64,000 bases of DNA, taken from an uncultured Gemmatimonadaceae bacterium (GTDB lineage: Bacteria > Gemmatimonadota > Gemmatimonadetes > Gemmatimonadales > Gemmatimonadaceae). The position numbers were made by a program, and so were the translations under genes. The notes beneath the pieces were generated by a model. That model saw only the letters and a list, made by a program, of their open reading frames with translations, was not told the origin of the DNA and made no database searches. Below, piece by piece: positions 9,804 through 20,183 of this stretch. The stretch lies in assembly GCA_963781585.1 (NCBI GenBank), contig CAWAGQ010000006.1, positions 64,001 to 128,000 on the forward strand, in the 5' to 3' direction. Numbering within the stretch: position 1 is the stretch's first letter; the number at the start of each line of letters is the position of its first letter.

Positions 9804-11483
9804 ATGCGCTGCCGCGCGGCCTTCGCCGCTCTCGCCCTCAGTGCCTGGAACCCCGCCGTGAGTGCGGCCCAATCTCCCCACATCACCCTGGCCGTGGTGA
9901 ACGCCCGGGTCTGGACCGGCGATGCGCGCCGGCCGTGGGCCGACGCCGTCGCCATCGCCGGTGACCGGATCGCCGCCGTGGGCTCCTCGGCCGAGATCCG
10001 GAAGCTCGCCGGTGAGGCGCGAACGATCGATGCCGGCGGGCAGTTCGTGGTACCGGGGTTCATCGATTCTCACGTGCACTTCCTCGAGGGCGGATTCCGG
10101 CTCTCGTCGGTACAGCTGCGTGACGCCGGTACGCCCGCGGAGTTCGTTCAACGCATCCGGGAATTCGCTGCCACGGTTCCGAAGGGCGCGTGGATCACCG
10201 GCGGCGACTGGGATCATCAGCGTTGGGGCGGGGAGCTTCCCGAGCGCTCGTGGATCGACTCGGTGACCCCCGACAATCCGGTCTGGGTGAATCGTCTCGA
10301 TGGCCACATGGCGCTGGCCAATTCGGCTGCGCTGCGCGCCGCCGCGGTCACGCGCGCCACCGCCGACATCGCGGGGGGCACGATTGTGCGCGATGCGACC
10401 GGCGAGCCCACCGGCATTCTCAAGGACAACGCGCAGAACCTGGTTGAGCGCGTCGTGCCCGCGCCTCCCGCGTTACTCGAGGATCGCGCCCTCGATGCGG
10501 CGATGGCCTACGTGGCGGCGCAGGGGGTGACCTCGGTGCACCACATGGGCACCTGGCATGACCTGGCGGTGTTCGAGCGGGCGCATGCGGCCGGCCGGTT
10601 GCGCACGCGGATCTACGCGGCGGTGCCGCTCGCGACCTGGGCGCGCCTGCGCGACACGGTCGCCGCCCGCGGCCGCGGCGATGAGTGGCTGCGGATCGGC
10701 GCGCTGAAAGGCTTCGTCGATGGGTCGTTAGGCTCGCACACCGCGGCCATGTTCGACCCGTTCACCGATGCGCCCACCGATCGCGGACTGTTCGTGAATA
10801 CGCCCGACGACCTCTATCGGTGGACATCCGGCGCCGACAAGGCCGGGCTCCACGTCATCGTCCACGCCATCGGGGACCGCGCCATCGCCACCCAGCTCGA
10901 CATCTACCAGCGGGTCGAGCAGGAAGACGGTCCGCGCGACCGGCGCTTCCGTATCGAGCACGCGCAGCACATCGCCCCAAGAGATTTTCCGCGCTTCGCG
11001 GCGCTGGGCGTGGTGGCGAGCATGCAACCCTACCACGCCATCGACGACGGACGCTGGGCCGAAAAGGTGATCGGTCCCGAGCGGGCGAAGGGGACATACG
11101 CGTTTCGCACCCTGCTCGATCGCGGCGCCACACTTGCGTTCGGCAGCGACTGGTTCGTGGCGCCGCCAACCCCGCTGGACGGCATCTACGCTGCCGTCAC
11201 CCGCCGCACCCTCGACGACGCGCACCCCGATGGTTGGATTCCCGAACAGAAGATCACGGTCGAGGAGGCGCTCCGCGCGTACACGGCTGGAGGTGCCTTC
11301 GCGTCCTTCGAGGAAGCCGAGAAGGGAGTCCTGGCGCCCGGCAAGCTCGCCGATCTGGTGATGATCGACCACGACCTCACGCGCATTCCAGCGGTGGAGA
11401 TTCGAAGCGCGCATGTGGTCATGACGGTGGTGGGCGGCAGGATTGTCTACCAGCGGCCGAAGGAGTCTCGCGAGTCGAATTGA
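9804..11483 (+). CDS. Exported metal-dependent amidohydrolase (Amidohydro_3 / YtcJ-like)
   Basis: Signal peptide; PGFIDSHVH, KGFVDGSLGSHTA, HAIGDRA, RIEHAQ, FGSDW, GKLADLV. Confidence 0.9.
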   Translation: MRCRAAFAALALSAWNPAVSAAQSPHITLAVVNARVWTGDARRPWADAVAIAGDRIAAVGSSAEIRKLAGEARTIDAGGQFVVPGFIDSHVHFLEGGFRLSSVQLRDAGTPAEFVQRIREFAATVPKGAWITGGDWDHQRWGGELPERSWIDSVTPDNPVWVNRLDGHMALANSAALRAAAVTRATADIAGGTIVRDATGEPTGILKDNAQNLVERVVPAPPALLEDRALDAAMAYVAAQGVTSVHHMGTWHDLAVFERAHAAGRLRTRIYAAVPLATWARLRDTVAARGRGDEWLRIGALKGFVDGSLGSHTAAMFDPFTDAPTDRGLFVNTPDDLYRWTSGADKAGLHVIVHAIGDRAIATQLDIYQRVEQEDGPRDRRFRIEHAQHIAPRDFPRFAALGVVASMQPYHAIDDGRWAEKVIGPERAKGTYAFRTLLDRGATLAFGSDWFVAPPTPLDGIYAAVTRRTLDDAHPDGWIPEQKITVEEALRAYTAGGAFASFEEAEKGVLAPGKLADLVMIDHDLTRIPAVEIRSAHVVMTVVGGRIVYQRPKESRESN

Positions 11484-11530
11484 CACGACGCGCACCTGGC
11501 CGTTGAATACGCGGGCGGAGACCGTCCCGA

Positions 11531-11554
11531 CCTCCGACCTCCGACCTCTGGCCT
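11531..11554 (+). repeat. Heptamer tandem array (CCTCCGA x2, CCTCTGG)
   Basis: Read directly; abuts the ATG at 11556. Confidence 0.6.
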
Positions 11555-11555
11555 G

Positions 11556-12362
11556 ATGTCCTCACGATCTCTTCCCGTACTCGAGCGCCGCGGCTATGGC
11601 GAGACTCTCCGCCGAGACGCCTGGTGGGTCCCGAATATCCCGCCCCAGATCATCCTCACCGCGTTCCTCATCTACGCCACCTGGGCTGCGTTCCAGAACG
11701 CGGACTACACCTTCGGACCTTACCTCTCCCCCTTTTATTCGCCCGAGCTGTTCGGGAGCTCTCCGCATGCGTGGTTCGGGCCCCGACCGGACGGTTGGCC
11801 CGTGTGGCTCCCGTTTTCTCCGGCGCTGATCATCCTTCCCGTTCCTGCCCTCTTCCGCTTCAGCTGCTACTACTACCGCGGCAGCTACTACAAGGCGTTC
11901 TGGCAGGATCCACCCGCGTGCGCCGTGGGCGAGCCACGCAAACACTACCGCGGTGAGCGGACCTTCCCCCTCGTGCTGCAGAATTTCCATCGATACGGCC
12001 TGCTCCTCTCCGCGATCTTCCTCGTCATCCTGACCTTCGACGCGGCCCACGCTTTCTGGTTCACCGACCCGGTTACCGGTGCCGCGCACTTCGGTATCGG
12101 ACTCGGCTCCATCATCATGGCGGTGAACGTCATCCTGCTTGCCGGATACACGTTCGGCTGCCACGCCACGCGCCACATCGTCGGTGGCATTGTCGATGAG
12201 GTCTCGCTGTCGCGGCCGCGGTGGCTGCTCTACGCCATCTCCAGCGTGTTCAATCGTGCGCACATGAAGTGGGCCTGGGTGAGCTTGTTCTCGGTGGCGC
12301 TGACCGATCTTTACATCCGTCTCTGCGCCATGGGCGTCCTGAGCGACTTGAGACTGCTCTGA
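11556..12362 (+). CDS. Succinate dehydrogenase membrane anchor, mycobacterial Sdh1 (Rv0249c-like) type
   Basis: YLSPFYSP, FRFSCYYYRGSYY, QNFHRY, FGCHATRH, NRAHMKWAW; multi-TM; directly upstream of sdhA. Confidence 0.82.
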   Translation: MSSRSLPVLERRGYGETLRRDAWWVPNIPPQIILTAFLIYATWAAFQNADYTFGPYLSPFYSPELFGSSPHAWFGPRPDGWPVWLPFSPALIILPVPALFRFSCYYYRGSYYKAFWQDPPACAVGEPRKHYRGERTFPLVLQNFHRYGLLLSAIFLVILTFDAAHAFWFTDPVTGAAHFGIGLGSIIMAVNVILLAGYTFGCHATRHIVGGIVDEVSLSRPRWLLYAISSVFNRAHMKWAWVSLFSVALTDLYIRLCAMGVLSDLRLL

Positions 12363-14173
12363 TGCCCGATTTCGAGTCGGTCGAACACGATGTGCTGGTG
12401 ATCGGCGCCGGGGGAGCGGGATTGCGCGCCGCCATCGCCGCGGCCTCGCACGGTGCGCGGGTCGGGCTGGTGTCGAAATCCCTGCTGGGCAAGGCCCACA
12501 CGGTCATGGCCGAGGGCGGAGCGGCGGCCGCGCTCGCCAACGTCGACGATCGCGACAGCTGGCGCGTGCACTTCGCCGACACCATGCGCGGCGGGCAGTA
12601 CGTCAACAACTGGCGCATGGCCGAGCTCCACGCCAGGGAAGCACCCGACCGCGTGCGCGAGCTCGAGGCGTGGGGTGCCCTGTTCGATCGCACCCCCGAC
12701 GGCCGCATTCTCCAGCGGAACTTCGGCGGCCACAAGTATCCGCGGCTGGCGCACGTCGGTGACCGGACAGGTCTGGAGATGATCCGCACGCTGCAGGATC
12801 ACGGCATCCATCAGGGCATCGACGTGCACATGGAGTGCACCATCGTGTCGCTCCTGAAGGACGGCGATCGGGTGGCCGGCGCGTTCGGGTATGAGCGCGA
12901 GCGCGGCCGGTTTCGCCTTTTTCGTGCGGCCGCTGTGGTGCTCGCTACCGGCGGCATCGGCCGGGCGTACCGGATCACCAGCAACAGCTGGGAGTACACC
13001 GGTGACGGTCACGCCCTCGCCTATCACGCCGGCGCCGACCTGAAGGACATGGAATTCGTGCAGTTCCATCCCACCGGGATGATCTGGCCGCCGAGCGTGC
13101 GCGGCATCCTCGTGACCGAGGCGGTGCGCGGCGAGGGCGGCGTGCTGCGCAACAGCCAGGGCCGGCGATTCATGTTCGACGACGTGCCCGAACTGTATCG
13201 CGCGCAGACCGCCGACAACGAAGAGGAGGGGTGGCGCTACACGCAGGGCGATCGCGCCGCCCGCCGTCCGCCGGAGCTGCTCACGCGCGACCACGTGGCC
13301 CGGTGCATCCTGCGCGAGGTCCGGGAAGGGCGGGGGAGTCCGCACGGCGGTGTGTTTCTCGATATCGCCTGGATCCGGAACAGGCTGCCTAACGCCGCCG
13401 AGCACATCCGGAAGAAGCTGCCCAGCATGTACCACCAGTTCAAGCAGCTGGCCGACATCGACATCACCACCACGCCGATGGAGATCGGACCCACCACGCA
13501 CTACGTGATGGGCGGCGTGAGCGTCGACGGCGATACCCAGATGTCCACCGTGCCGGGCCTGTTCGCCTGCGGCGAATGCGCCGCCGGCCTCCACGGCGCC
13601 AACCGACTGGGCGGCAACTCGCTCTCCGATCTCCTGGTCTTCGGCAAGCGCGCCGGCGACCACGCAGCGGAATTCGCGAGTGAGCACGGAACCACCAGGG
13701 TCGACCCGCGAGTGGCGGAACAGGTCGCCACGGCATCCCTCGCTCCGTTCGAGCGCACCGGCGGCGAATCGCCATTCGCCATCCAGCACGATCTGCAGGG
13801 CATGATGCAGGACCTGGTCGGCATCGTTCGGCGCGAGGAGGAAATGCGCCGCGCCCTCGACGGCATCGCGGAACTGCAGCGCCGAGCCGAGGCCGCCGGC
13901 GTGCCGGGCAACCGGGAGTACAACCCCGGGTGGCACACCGCGCTCGACCTCGCCAACCTGTTCACGGTCTCCGAGGCAATTACCCGCTCCGCCCTGGCGA
14001 GAAAGGAGAGCCGCGGCGGACACTTCCGCGAAGACCACCCCGCGAAGGACCCAAGCTACGCGGTGTTCAATATCATCGTCCGACGGACGCCCGGCGGCGC
14101 CATGGAGCTCGAGCGCGTGCCCATTCCCGCCATGCCTGACGAGTTGAAGAAAGTGATCGACGAGGAGAAGTGA
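12362..14173 (+). CDS. sdhA: Succinate dehydrogenase/fumarate reductase flavoprotein subunit
   Basis: VIGAGGAGLRAA FAD fold, KAHTVMAEGG covalent-FAD His, QFHPTG, HGANRLGGNSL, ESRGGH. Confidence 0.93.
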   Translation: MPDFESVEHDVLVIGAGGAGLRAAIAAASHGARVGLVSKSLLGKAHTVMAEGGAAAALANVDDRDSWRVHFADTMRGGQYVNNWRMAELHAREAPDRVRELEAWGALFDRTPDGRILQRNFGGHKYPRLAHVGDRTGLEMIRTLQDHGIHQGIDVHMECTIVSLLKDGDRVAGAFGYERERGRFRLFRAAAVVLATGGIGRAYRITSNSWEYTGDGHALAYHAGADLKDMEFVQFHPTGMIWPPSVRGILVTEAVRGEGGVLRNSQGRRFMFDDVPELYRAQTADNEEEGWRYTQGDRAARRPPELLTRDHVARCILREVREGRGSPHGGVFLDIAWIRNRLPNAAEHIRKKLPSMYHQFKQLADIDITTTPMEIGPTTHYVMGGVSVDGDTQMSTVPGLFACGECAAGLHGANRLGGNSLSDLLVFGKRAGDHAAEFASEHGTTRVDPRVAEQVATASLAPFERTGGESPFAIQHDLQGMMQDLVGIVRREEEMRRALDGIAELQRRAEAAGVPGNREYNPGWHTALDLANLFTVSEAITRSALARKESRGGHFREDHPAKDPSYAVFNIIVRRTPGGAMELERVPIPAMPDELKKVIDEEK

Positions 14174-14943
14174 TGTCCACGACCACGTTTCGTATCTGGC
14201 GCGGCACCGACGGGGAAGGCGCCTTCGCGGACTACCCCACCGAAATCACCGAGGGGATGGTCGTGCTCGATGCCGTGCATCAGATCCAGGCTGAACAGGC
14301 GAACGACCTCGCGGTGCGGTGGAATTGCAAGGCCGGGAAGTGCGGCTCGTGCTCCGCCGAGATCAACGGCATGCCGAAACTGATGTGCATGACGCGGATG
14401 AGCGGACTTCCCGCCGACGAGCCCGTCACCATCGAGCCGATGCGCGCCTTTCCGCACGTCAAGGATCTGGTGACCGACGTGTCGTGGAACTACAAGGTGA
14501 AGAAACGCATCCGCAAGTTCGCCCCCAGGCCCCCCGACGCTCCCGACGGTACCTGGCGGATGTTCCAGAAGGACGTCGATCGGGTGCAGGAATTCCGCAA
14601 GTGCATCGAATGCTTCCTCTGCCAGGACGTCTGCCACGTCCTCCGCGATCACCACCAGCACGACGACTTCATCGGACCGCGACACTTTGTCTACTCGGCG
14701 GCCCTCGAGATGCACCCGCTGGATACGGAGGACCGCATCGGCGACCTCAAAGGCGAACAGGCCATCGGCTACTGCAACATCACGAAGTGCTGTACGCGAG
14801 TGTGTCCCGAGAACATTACTATCACCGACAACGCGATCATTCCGCTGAAGGAGCGTGTGGTTGACGAGTTCTATGATCCGGTGGTGAAACTGGTGCGGCT
14901 GATGCGCGGCAAAGGGAGACGCTCAACGGGACCGGGCGGGTGA
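14173..14943 (+). CDS. sdhB: Succinate dehydrogenase/fumarate reductase iron-sulfur subunit
   Basis: CKAGKCGSC, CIECFLCQDVC, CNITKCCTRVCP. Confidence 0.93.
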   Translation: MSTTTFRIWRGTDGEGAFADYPTEITEGMVVLDAVHQIQAEQANDLAVRWNCKAGKCGSCSAEINGMPKLMCMTRMSGLPADEPVTIEPMRAFPHVKDLVTDVSWNYKVKKRIRKFAPRPPDAPDGTWRMFQKDVDRVQEFRKCIECFLCQDVCHVLRDHHQHDDFIGPRHFVYSAALEMHPLDTEDRIGDLKGEQAIGYCNITKCCTRVCPENITITDNAIIPLKERVVDEFYDPVVKLVRLMRGKGRRSTGPGG

Positions 14944-14991
14944 AGAATGCAGGAAAAGACTTATCGCCGGAGCCCGGACCTGCGACTCTCA

Positions 14992-15019
14992 CCTCTGACC
15001 TCTGACCTCTGACCTCTGG
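14992..15019 (+). repeat. Heptamer tandem array (CCTCTGA x3, CCTCTGG)
   Basis: Read directly. Confidence 0.8.
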
Positions 15020-15053
15020 CTGTATTGTCTGACCTTCGGCCTATGATCAGCCT

Positions 15054-15554
15054 ATGAGCTATCTCAAACCCATCACCCTCGCCGGCGTCCCTGCCGCGCT
15101 GCAGAAGGCCAACCGCTACCGTCTGCTGAACGACTCCTCAGCCGCGGAGAGCATCTGCCTCGACATCCTCGGGGTGGATCCGAAGAACACCGAGGCACTG
15201 GTGACCCTCATACTCGCCATTACCGATCAGTTCGATCACGGGCACGCAGACCAGCAACGCCGCGCGCGCGACACCGCCGAGCAATTGAGCGATCCGTACG
15301 CCAAGGCGTACTACAGCGGGCTCGTCTGCGAACGGTGGGCGAAGGCTGTTCTTCGGCGCGCCGTCCCGGGCGCCGGCGAACTGGCATACGGGTGGATCGA
15401 GAAAGCCATGGCGCTGTACGCAGAAGCGGAGAAGATCCGGCCCGTTGGCGACGACGACGCCATTCTTCGCTGGAACAGCTGCGTGCGCCTCATCCAGTCG
15501 GACGCGCGGTTGCAGCCGCACGAGGCGCAATCATACGAGCCGAGTTTCGAATAG
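15054..15554 (+). CDS. Hypothetical helical (TPR-like) protein downstream of sdh
   Basis: Gene-like composition; KANRYRLLND..AESICLDIL, DDAILRWNSC; followed by a terminator. Confidence 0.75.
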   Translation: MSYLKPITLAGVPAALQKANRYRLLNDSSAAESICLDILGVDPKNTEALVTLILAITDQFDHGHADQQRRARDTAEQLSDPYAKAYYSGLVCERWAKAVLRRAVPGAGELAYGWIEKAMALYAEAEKIRPVGDDDAILRWNSCVRLIQSDARLQPHEAQSYEPSFE

Positions 15555-15573
15555 CGTCAGCGCGGGAAGCGAA

Positions 15574-15612
15574 AATGAAGACGCCGGCGTCCACCACGCC
15601 GGCGTCTTCATT
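15574..15612. terminator. Bidirectional intrinsic terminator
   Basis: 17-bp perfect inverted repeat AATGAAGACGCCGGCGT/ACGCCGGCGTCTTCATT with a 5-nt loop, between convergent genes. Confidence 0.8.
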
Positions 15613-15632
15613 CTTCCGGTGCTGACGAATCG

Positions 15633-15812
15633 TCAGAGCGCCGGGCGCACGGATATCAAAAGGAAGAGCGCCGCGGCCACGACCGCCGTCCCGAGCAGGA
15701 GCAGAACCAGTCTCAACCGGCCTGAGCCGGTTGCCTTCGGCACCTGCGTCTCGGCGGCAAACTCCTTCTGCCAGAGTGGGTGCCGGTGTACTTCGAGGTG
15801 ACTGATCGTCAT
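15633..15812 (-). CDS. Small (59 aa) single-TM membrane protein
   Basis: MTISHLEVHRHPLWQKEFAAETQVPKATGSGRLRLVLLLLGTAVVAAALFLLISVRPAL*; GGAAGGG RBS-like sequence; ends at the terminator; below the ORF track cutoff. Confidence 0.55.
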   Translation of the reverse strand: MTISHLEVHRHPLWQKEFAAETQVPKATGSGRLRLVLLLLGTAVVAAALFLLISVRPAL

Positions 15813-16111
15813 GTGCCCTTCCGCCGTCAGGGTGCATGCAGGGCGGGTGACAATCGCCCGCGCCTGTCGTGAAGCAAGCCCCGGACCGTGACGGTTTCCG
15901 GCTCTGCCCGGTCACGGAATGGCACTCCGACCAGCAGGATCGTGGCTGAGGCGACACAGTTGTGGCGGAGGTGGGACAACACGACGGTGAGCCTGACCAA
16001 TGCGAGGCGGCGACTCCGCTCTGGCGCGAGTGTCGGCGCGGACGATGTCGCCGGTGTCAGAGCCAACGTCGATTGGGTCGCCAGTCCAACGCCGCCCTGC
16101 CTGACGCGGTG

Positions 16112-18220
16112 CTAGAAGCGAACGATTTCCTGATACGCCGCCACAAAGTCGTCGACCTGCGGCAGAATCGCGTCTTCAAGCCTGGGCGCGTAGCCGACGA
16201 ATGTGTCCGACGACCCGATCCGCCGCACCGGGGCGTCGAGCCAGGCGAAGCACTCATTCGCGATCCGGCTCGCGATCTCCGAGCCGTACCCCCACGACAG
16301 CGCGTCTTCGTATGCCACGATCACCCGGTTCGTTTTCTTCACGGAAGCGAACACCGTCTCGCGGTCCCACGGCGAGAGCGACCGCAGATCGATCACCTCC
16401 ACCGAAATGCCCTCGTCAGCCACCTTGTTCGCGGCCGTGAATGCGCGGTGCACAGTGGCCCCGTACGTCACCAGCGTCACATCCGTCCCCTCCCGCACCA
16501 CCTTCGCCTTTCCGAACGGGATCATGAAGTTCGGTCCGGGATACGCCGCCTTGTTGTACGTCTGCCGGTACAGATGCTTGTGCTCGAGAAACATCACCGG
16601 ATCGTCGCACCGGATGGCCGTTCGCAGGAGCCCGTTCGCGTCGAGCGCCGTGGCCGGGCAGATCACGCGCAGGCCAGGGCACTGGGTGAACAACGAGGCG
16701 CCGGTCTGTGAATGATAGATGGCGCCCCGGATGTAACCGCCGTAGGTCGTCCGCACGACCACCGGCGCGCTGAACGCGTTGTTGGACCGCCAGCGCATCG
16801 TCGCCAGCTCGTTGCGGAGCTGCATGTACGCCGGCCAGATATAGTCGAAGAACTGAATCTCGACCACCGGCTTGAACCCGCGCAGCGCGAGGCCGACCGC
16901 GCGCCCGATGATGTTCGCCTCGGCCAGCGGCGAGTTGTACACGCGATCGGCGCCGAATTCCTTCTGCAGCCCCCACGTCACCTTGAACACCCCGCCTTTC
17001 CCCTTCACCTTGCCGAGGTACTGGTCGCGCGACACGTCGGCCACATCCTGCCCGAAGACGATGATCTTCCCGTCCCGCCGCATCTCGTCGCGCATGCAGG
17101 AATTCAGCAGGTCCACCATCGTGGTCTCGTTCCCGGAGAACTGGGGATCGTCCTCGGTATCGAACTGTTCGCTGGTGGGATCGACATCCGGGGAATAGAC
17201 CCCGACGTACACCGACGCCGGCTCCGGCTGTTCCCTGCCTAACGCATCGTCGGTGGCGGCCTGCACCACGCTCTCCACGTCGCCGCGAATGCGCTCGAGA
17301 TCGGCCTCGGATGCGTGCCCCTCTTTCACCAGCCACGCCGGGTACGTCGTCACCGGATCGCGCGCCGCATCTGCACTCCGCTCCTCCGGCGGCCGATAGA
17401 GCACCTCGTCGTCCGACAGTGAATGCGAATAGGGACGGATCACGTGCGCGTGCACCAGCGCCGGACCCTGTCCGCTCCGCACGTATTGCACCGCGTTCGC
17501 CATCACCGCATGACTGGCGGGGAAGTCGCAGCCGTCGACTTCCTGAATGAACAAGCCCGGGAAGCCTGTCACCAGCTTCGAGATCGAGCCCCCCGCGGTC
17601 TGCACCTCGACCGGGACCGAGATCGCGTACCCGTTGTCCTCGACGAGATACAGCACCGGGAGCTTGAGATTGCACGCGCTGTTGAGCGATTCCCAGAACT
17701 CGCCTTCGCTCGTGGTCCCATCTCCAGCCGACACGAAGACGATCTCGTCCTCGTGCAACCCCACATCGAGTCCGAGTCGCCGGGCGCGCATGATTCCTTC
17801 GGCGCACCCCACCGCGGGCAGGAACTGCGTGCCGGTCGGTGACGACGACGACACGATGTTCAGCGCCTTGTGCCCCCAGTGGCTCGGCATCTGCCGTCCG
17901 CCGGAATTCGGGTCAATGGCGGCACCCACCGCGGAATACAACATCTCTTCCGGCGTCATCCCCAGCGACAGGCAGAGCGCGCGATCCCGGTAGTACGGGA
18001 AGAACCAGTCGTACGATGGTCGGAGGAGCATCCCGGCCGCCGCCAGCACCGCCTCGTGACCCGCGCCGGAAATCTGAAACCAGATCCGGTTCTGACGCTT
18101 GAGCTGGATCTCCTTGTCGTCCAGCCGCCGGGACAGGAGAATCGTGCGGTACGCCGACAACAACTGGTCGCGGCTCAGGTCGGTAACAGTTGGCCGCTGG
18201 GCTCTGAGTCTTGTGGGCAT
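16112..18220 (-). CDS. 2-oxoacid dehydrogenase E1, fused alpha/beta subunits (branched-chain type)
   Basis: [10 protein letters not shown]...VEDNGYAIS ThDP motif, [33 protein letters not shown]. Confidence 0.92.
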   Translation of the reverse strand: MPTRLRAQRPTVTDLSRDQLLSAYRTILLSRRLDDKEIQLKRQNRIWFQISGAGHEAVLAAAGMLLRPSYDWFFPYYRDRALCLSLGMTPEEMLYSAVGAAIDPNSGGRQMPSHWGHKALNIVSSSSPTGTQFLPAVGCAEGIMRARRLGLDVGLHEDEIVFVSAGDGTTSEGEFWESLNSACNLKLPVLYLVEDNGYAISVPVEVQTAGGSISKLVTGFPGLFIQEVDGCDFPASHAVMANAVQYVRSGQGPALVHAHVIRPYSHSLSDDEVLYRPPEERSADAARDPVTTYPAWLVKEGHASEADLERIRGDVESVVQAATDDALGREQPEPASVYVGVYSPDVDPTSEQFDTEDDPQFSGNETTMVDLLNSCMRDEMRRDGKIIVFGQDVADVSRDQYLGKVKGKGGVFKVTWGLQKEFGADRVYNSPLAEANIIGRAVGLALRGFKPVVEIQFFDYIWPAYMQLRNELATMRWRSNNAFSAPVVVRTTYGGYIRGAIYHSQTGASLFTQCPGLRVICPATALDANGLLRTAIRCDDPVMFLEHKHLYRQTYNKAAYPGPNFMIPFGKAKVVREGTDVTLVTYGATVHRAFTAANKVADEGISVEVIDLRSLSPWDRETVFASVKKTNRVIVAYEDALSWGYGSEIASRIANECFAWLDAPVRRIGSSDTFVGYAPRLEDAILPQVDDFVAAYQEIVRF

Positions 18221-18558
18221 GCGTGTCGATGCGTGGGTGATGCGCACACAGCTTGGATGAAAATAGTGTGGGCGCGACCGCCTGACATCCGGGATTCCAC
18301 CGCTCCCCGGACCGACCGACCGCCCGCACCGGCAGGGCCCTCCTAACAACCCGCACGGCATAGTGTTGCGTCGCCACCGGGCCTGCGGCGTTGCGGCCGC
18401 GCGCGCTGAGGATCGTGACGTCGGAGCCGCCTGGCATCCGGGAGAATCCGCCGGTCACCCGCGTCCTTCTCTCGAATCGCGTGCCGCGCTCCTCTGCCGA
18501 CGGATCCCATGGCATCCGACATGCGCTATACTGAGACGAATTCGCACTGGGGAGCGAC

Positions 18559-19050
18559 ATGTCGGATTTCGTGGCGCACTGCATCTTCTGCGAGATCATC
18601 CGTGGGGGCGGCGAAGTCTCCATCTGCTACGAGGATTCCGACGCTATCGCCTTCATGGACATCCAACCGGTGAACGCAGGTCACGTCCTGGTCGTCCCGC
18701 GCGAGCACTACGAGTCACTGAATGACGTGCCGCCGGCCCTGGCGATGCATCTGTTCGAAGTCGCCCTGAAGCTCGGCCCCATCATTCGCCGGGTCGGGAA
18801 CTCCGACGACCTCAACGTGGTGGTGAGCAGTGGCGAGGCGGCGGGCCAGAACGTCTTCCACTACCACGTGCACGTGATCCCGCGGAAGGCAAACGACGGG
18901 TTCGATATCCCCCTGCCGTTCGACGGTTCGAGAATGCCCGACCGGACCTTGCTCGACGCCACCGCCGCGCGGATCATCACCGCGCTCCGGGATCCCGCCC
19001 GCCGCACCAGTCGCAAGACGCCGGTCACCCCGCCGCGCGCGGTCGTCTGA
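18559..19050 (+). CDS. HIT family nucleotide hydrolase
   Basis: CIFC, GHVLVVPREH, HYHVHVIPR. Confidence 0.92.
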   Translation: MSDFVAHCIFCEIIRGGGEVSICYEDSDAIAFMDIQPVNAGHVLVVPREHYESLNDVPPALAMHLFEVALKLGPIIRRVGNSDDLNVVVSSGEAAGQNVFHYHVHVIPRKANDGFDIPLPFDGSRMPDRTLLDATAARIITALRDPARRTSRKTPVTPPRAVV

Positions 19051-19053
19051 GCA

Positions 19054-19968
19054 TCAGCCCGCGAGCACCGGCTGAGCGCCCGGTCTTCCGCCTGCATGTG
19101 CCGTGAACAGGCGCGGGCGCTGCGCCCCCTCCCACGCCAGCATCGCGCGCTTCCGCTCAAGGCCCCAACGATAGCCGCCTAACGCACCGGTGTTCCGGAG
19201 TACGCGGTGGCAGGGGATCACGAATGCCACCGGATTCCGCCCCACCGCCGTCCCCACGGCGCGCACCGACTGCGGCGCCCCGATCGCCGCCGCCACGTCC
19301 CCGTACGTCGTCACCGTGCCGGCCGGGACGCGCAGCAAGGCCTCCCACACCTTCACCTGGAAATTCGTCCCGCGCACCAGGAGCGCGAGTGGCACCAGCC
19401 CCGCCCGATCACGGATCTCCAGTGGCGTGAAGATCCGCCGTGCCACGGACGCCGTCGCCCGCGGTCTCTGCTCAATGGTCGCATTGGGCCAGCGTTCAGC
19501 CAGGTCGCCGATGGCGGCCGTCCTGGTGCCCTCGAAGAACGACAGCCCGCAGATGCCGCGGTCGGTGATGGCTAGGAGACACTCACCGAACGGGGTGTCG
19601 TGGAACCCCGCACTGATGCGCAACCCGCTGCCGCTGGTGCGATACTCTCCCGGCGTCACCGCCTCGAGCGTCACGAACAGATCGTGAAGCCGGCCGCCAC
19701 TCGACAGTCCCGCGTCGTACGTGGCGTCCAGAAGATTGCGCGACCGTCGCAACAGATCCTTGGCGTAGCCGAGCGCGAGCATCTGCGAGAACCGCTTGGG
19801 GCTGATGCCCGCCCAGCGCGTGAACAGCCGCTGGAAATGGAATGGGCTCAGGCCGACATGTCGGGCGACCTCATCGAGACTTGGCTGCGCCGGGGAACGC
19901 GCGTCGAGATACCGGATTGCGCGCTCGATGCGATGGTAATCGGTGGTGTTGGATGCGGAGATGGTCAT
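19054..19968 (-). CDS. AraC-HTH plus methylated-DNA-protein-cysteine methyltransferase (Ada-like, lacking the N-terminal Zn domain)
   Basis: LSPFHFQRLFTRWAGISPK HTH; GTNFQVKVW; IPCHRV active site; GGYRWG. Confidence 0.9.
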   Translation of the reverse strand: MTISASNTTDYHRIERAIRYLDARSPAQPSLDEVARHVGLSPFHFQRLFTRWAGISPKRFSQMLALGYAKDLLRRSRNLLDATYDAGLSSGGRLHDLFVTLEAVTPGEYRTSGSGLRISAGFHDTPFGECLLAITDRGICGLSFFEGTRTAAIGDLAERWPNATIEQRPRATASVARRIFTPLEIRDRAGLVPLALLVRGTNFQVKVWEALLRVPAGTVTTYGDVAAAIGAPQSVRAVGTAVGRNPVAFVIPCHRVLRNTGALGGYRWGLERKRAMLAWEGAQRPRLFTAHAGGRPGAQPVLAG

Positions 19969-20080
19969 GGTTCACTCACTGTGTGCAGCGAGATCTAGCA
20001 GCACGCGGCGGCAGGGCCAACCCGGATCTTGCGACGTCGACACGCCGGCGGACGCGGGCTCGCAAAAAGCGTCGGTGGAA

Positions 20081-20143
20081 TCAACTAATGCTCTAGTTGA
20101 CAAGTCAAAAGGCGTCCTGTAGGTTCTACTAAACTGCTAGTAG
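20081..20143 (+). promoter_or_regulatory. Sigma70 promoter of blaI with two palindromic ACTA-N6-TAGT operators
   Basis: TTGACA 20097-20102, 17-nt spacer, TAGGTT 20120-20125. Palindromes TCAACTA-N6-TAGTTGA (20081-20100) and CTACTA-N6-TAGTAG (20126-20143). Confidence 0.75.
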
Positions 20144-20183
20144 CAAGGGTTACTATCCGCCGGTCGCGGTCTCAGTTTGACCG

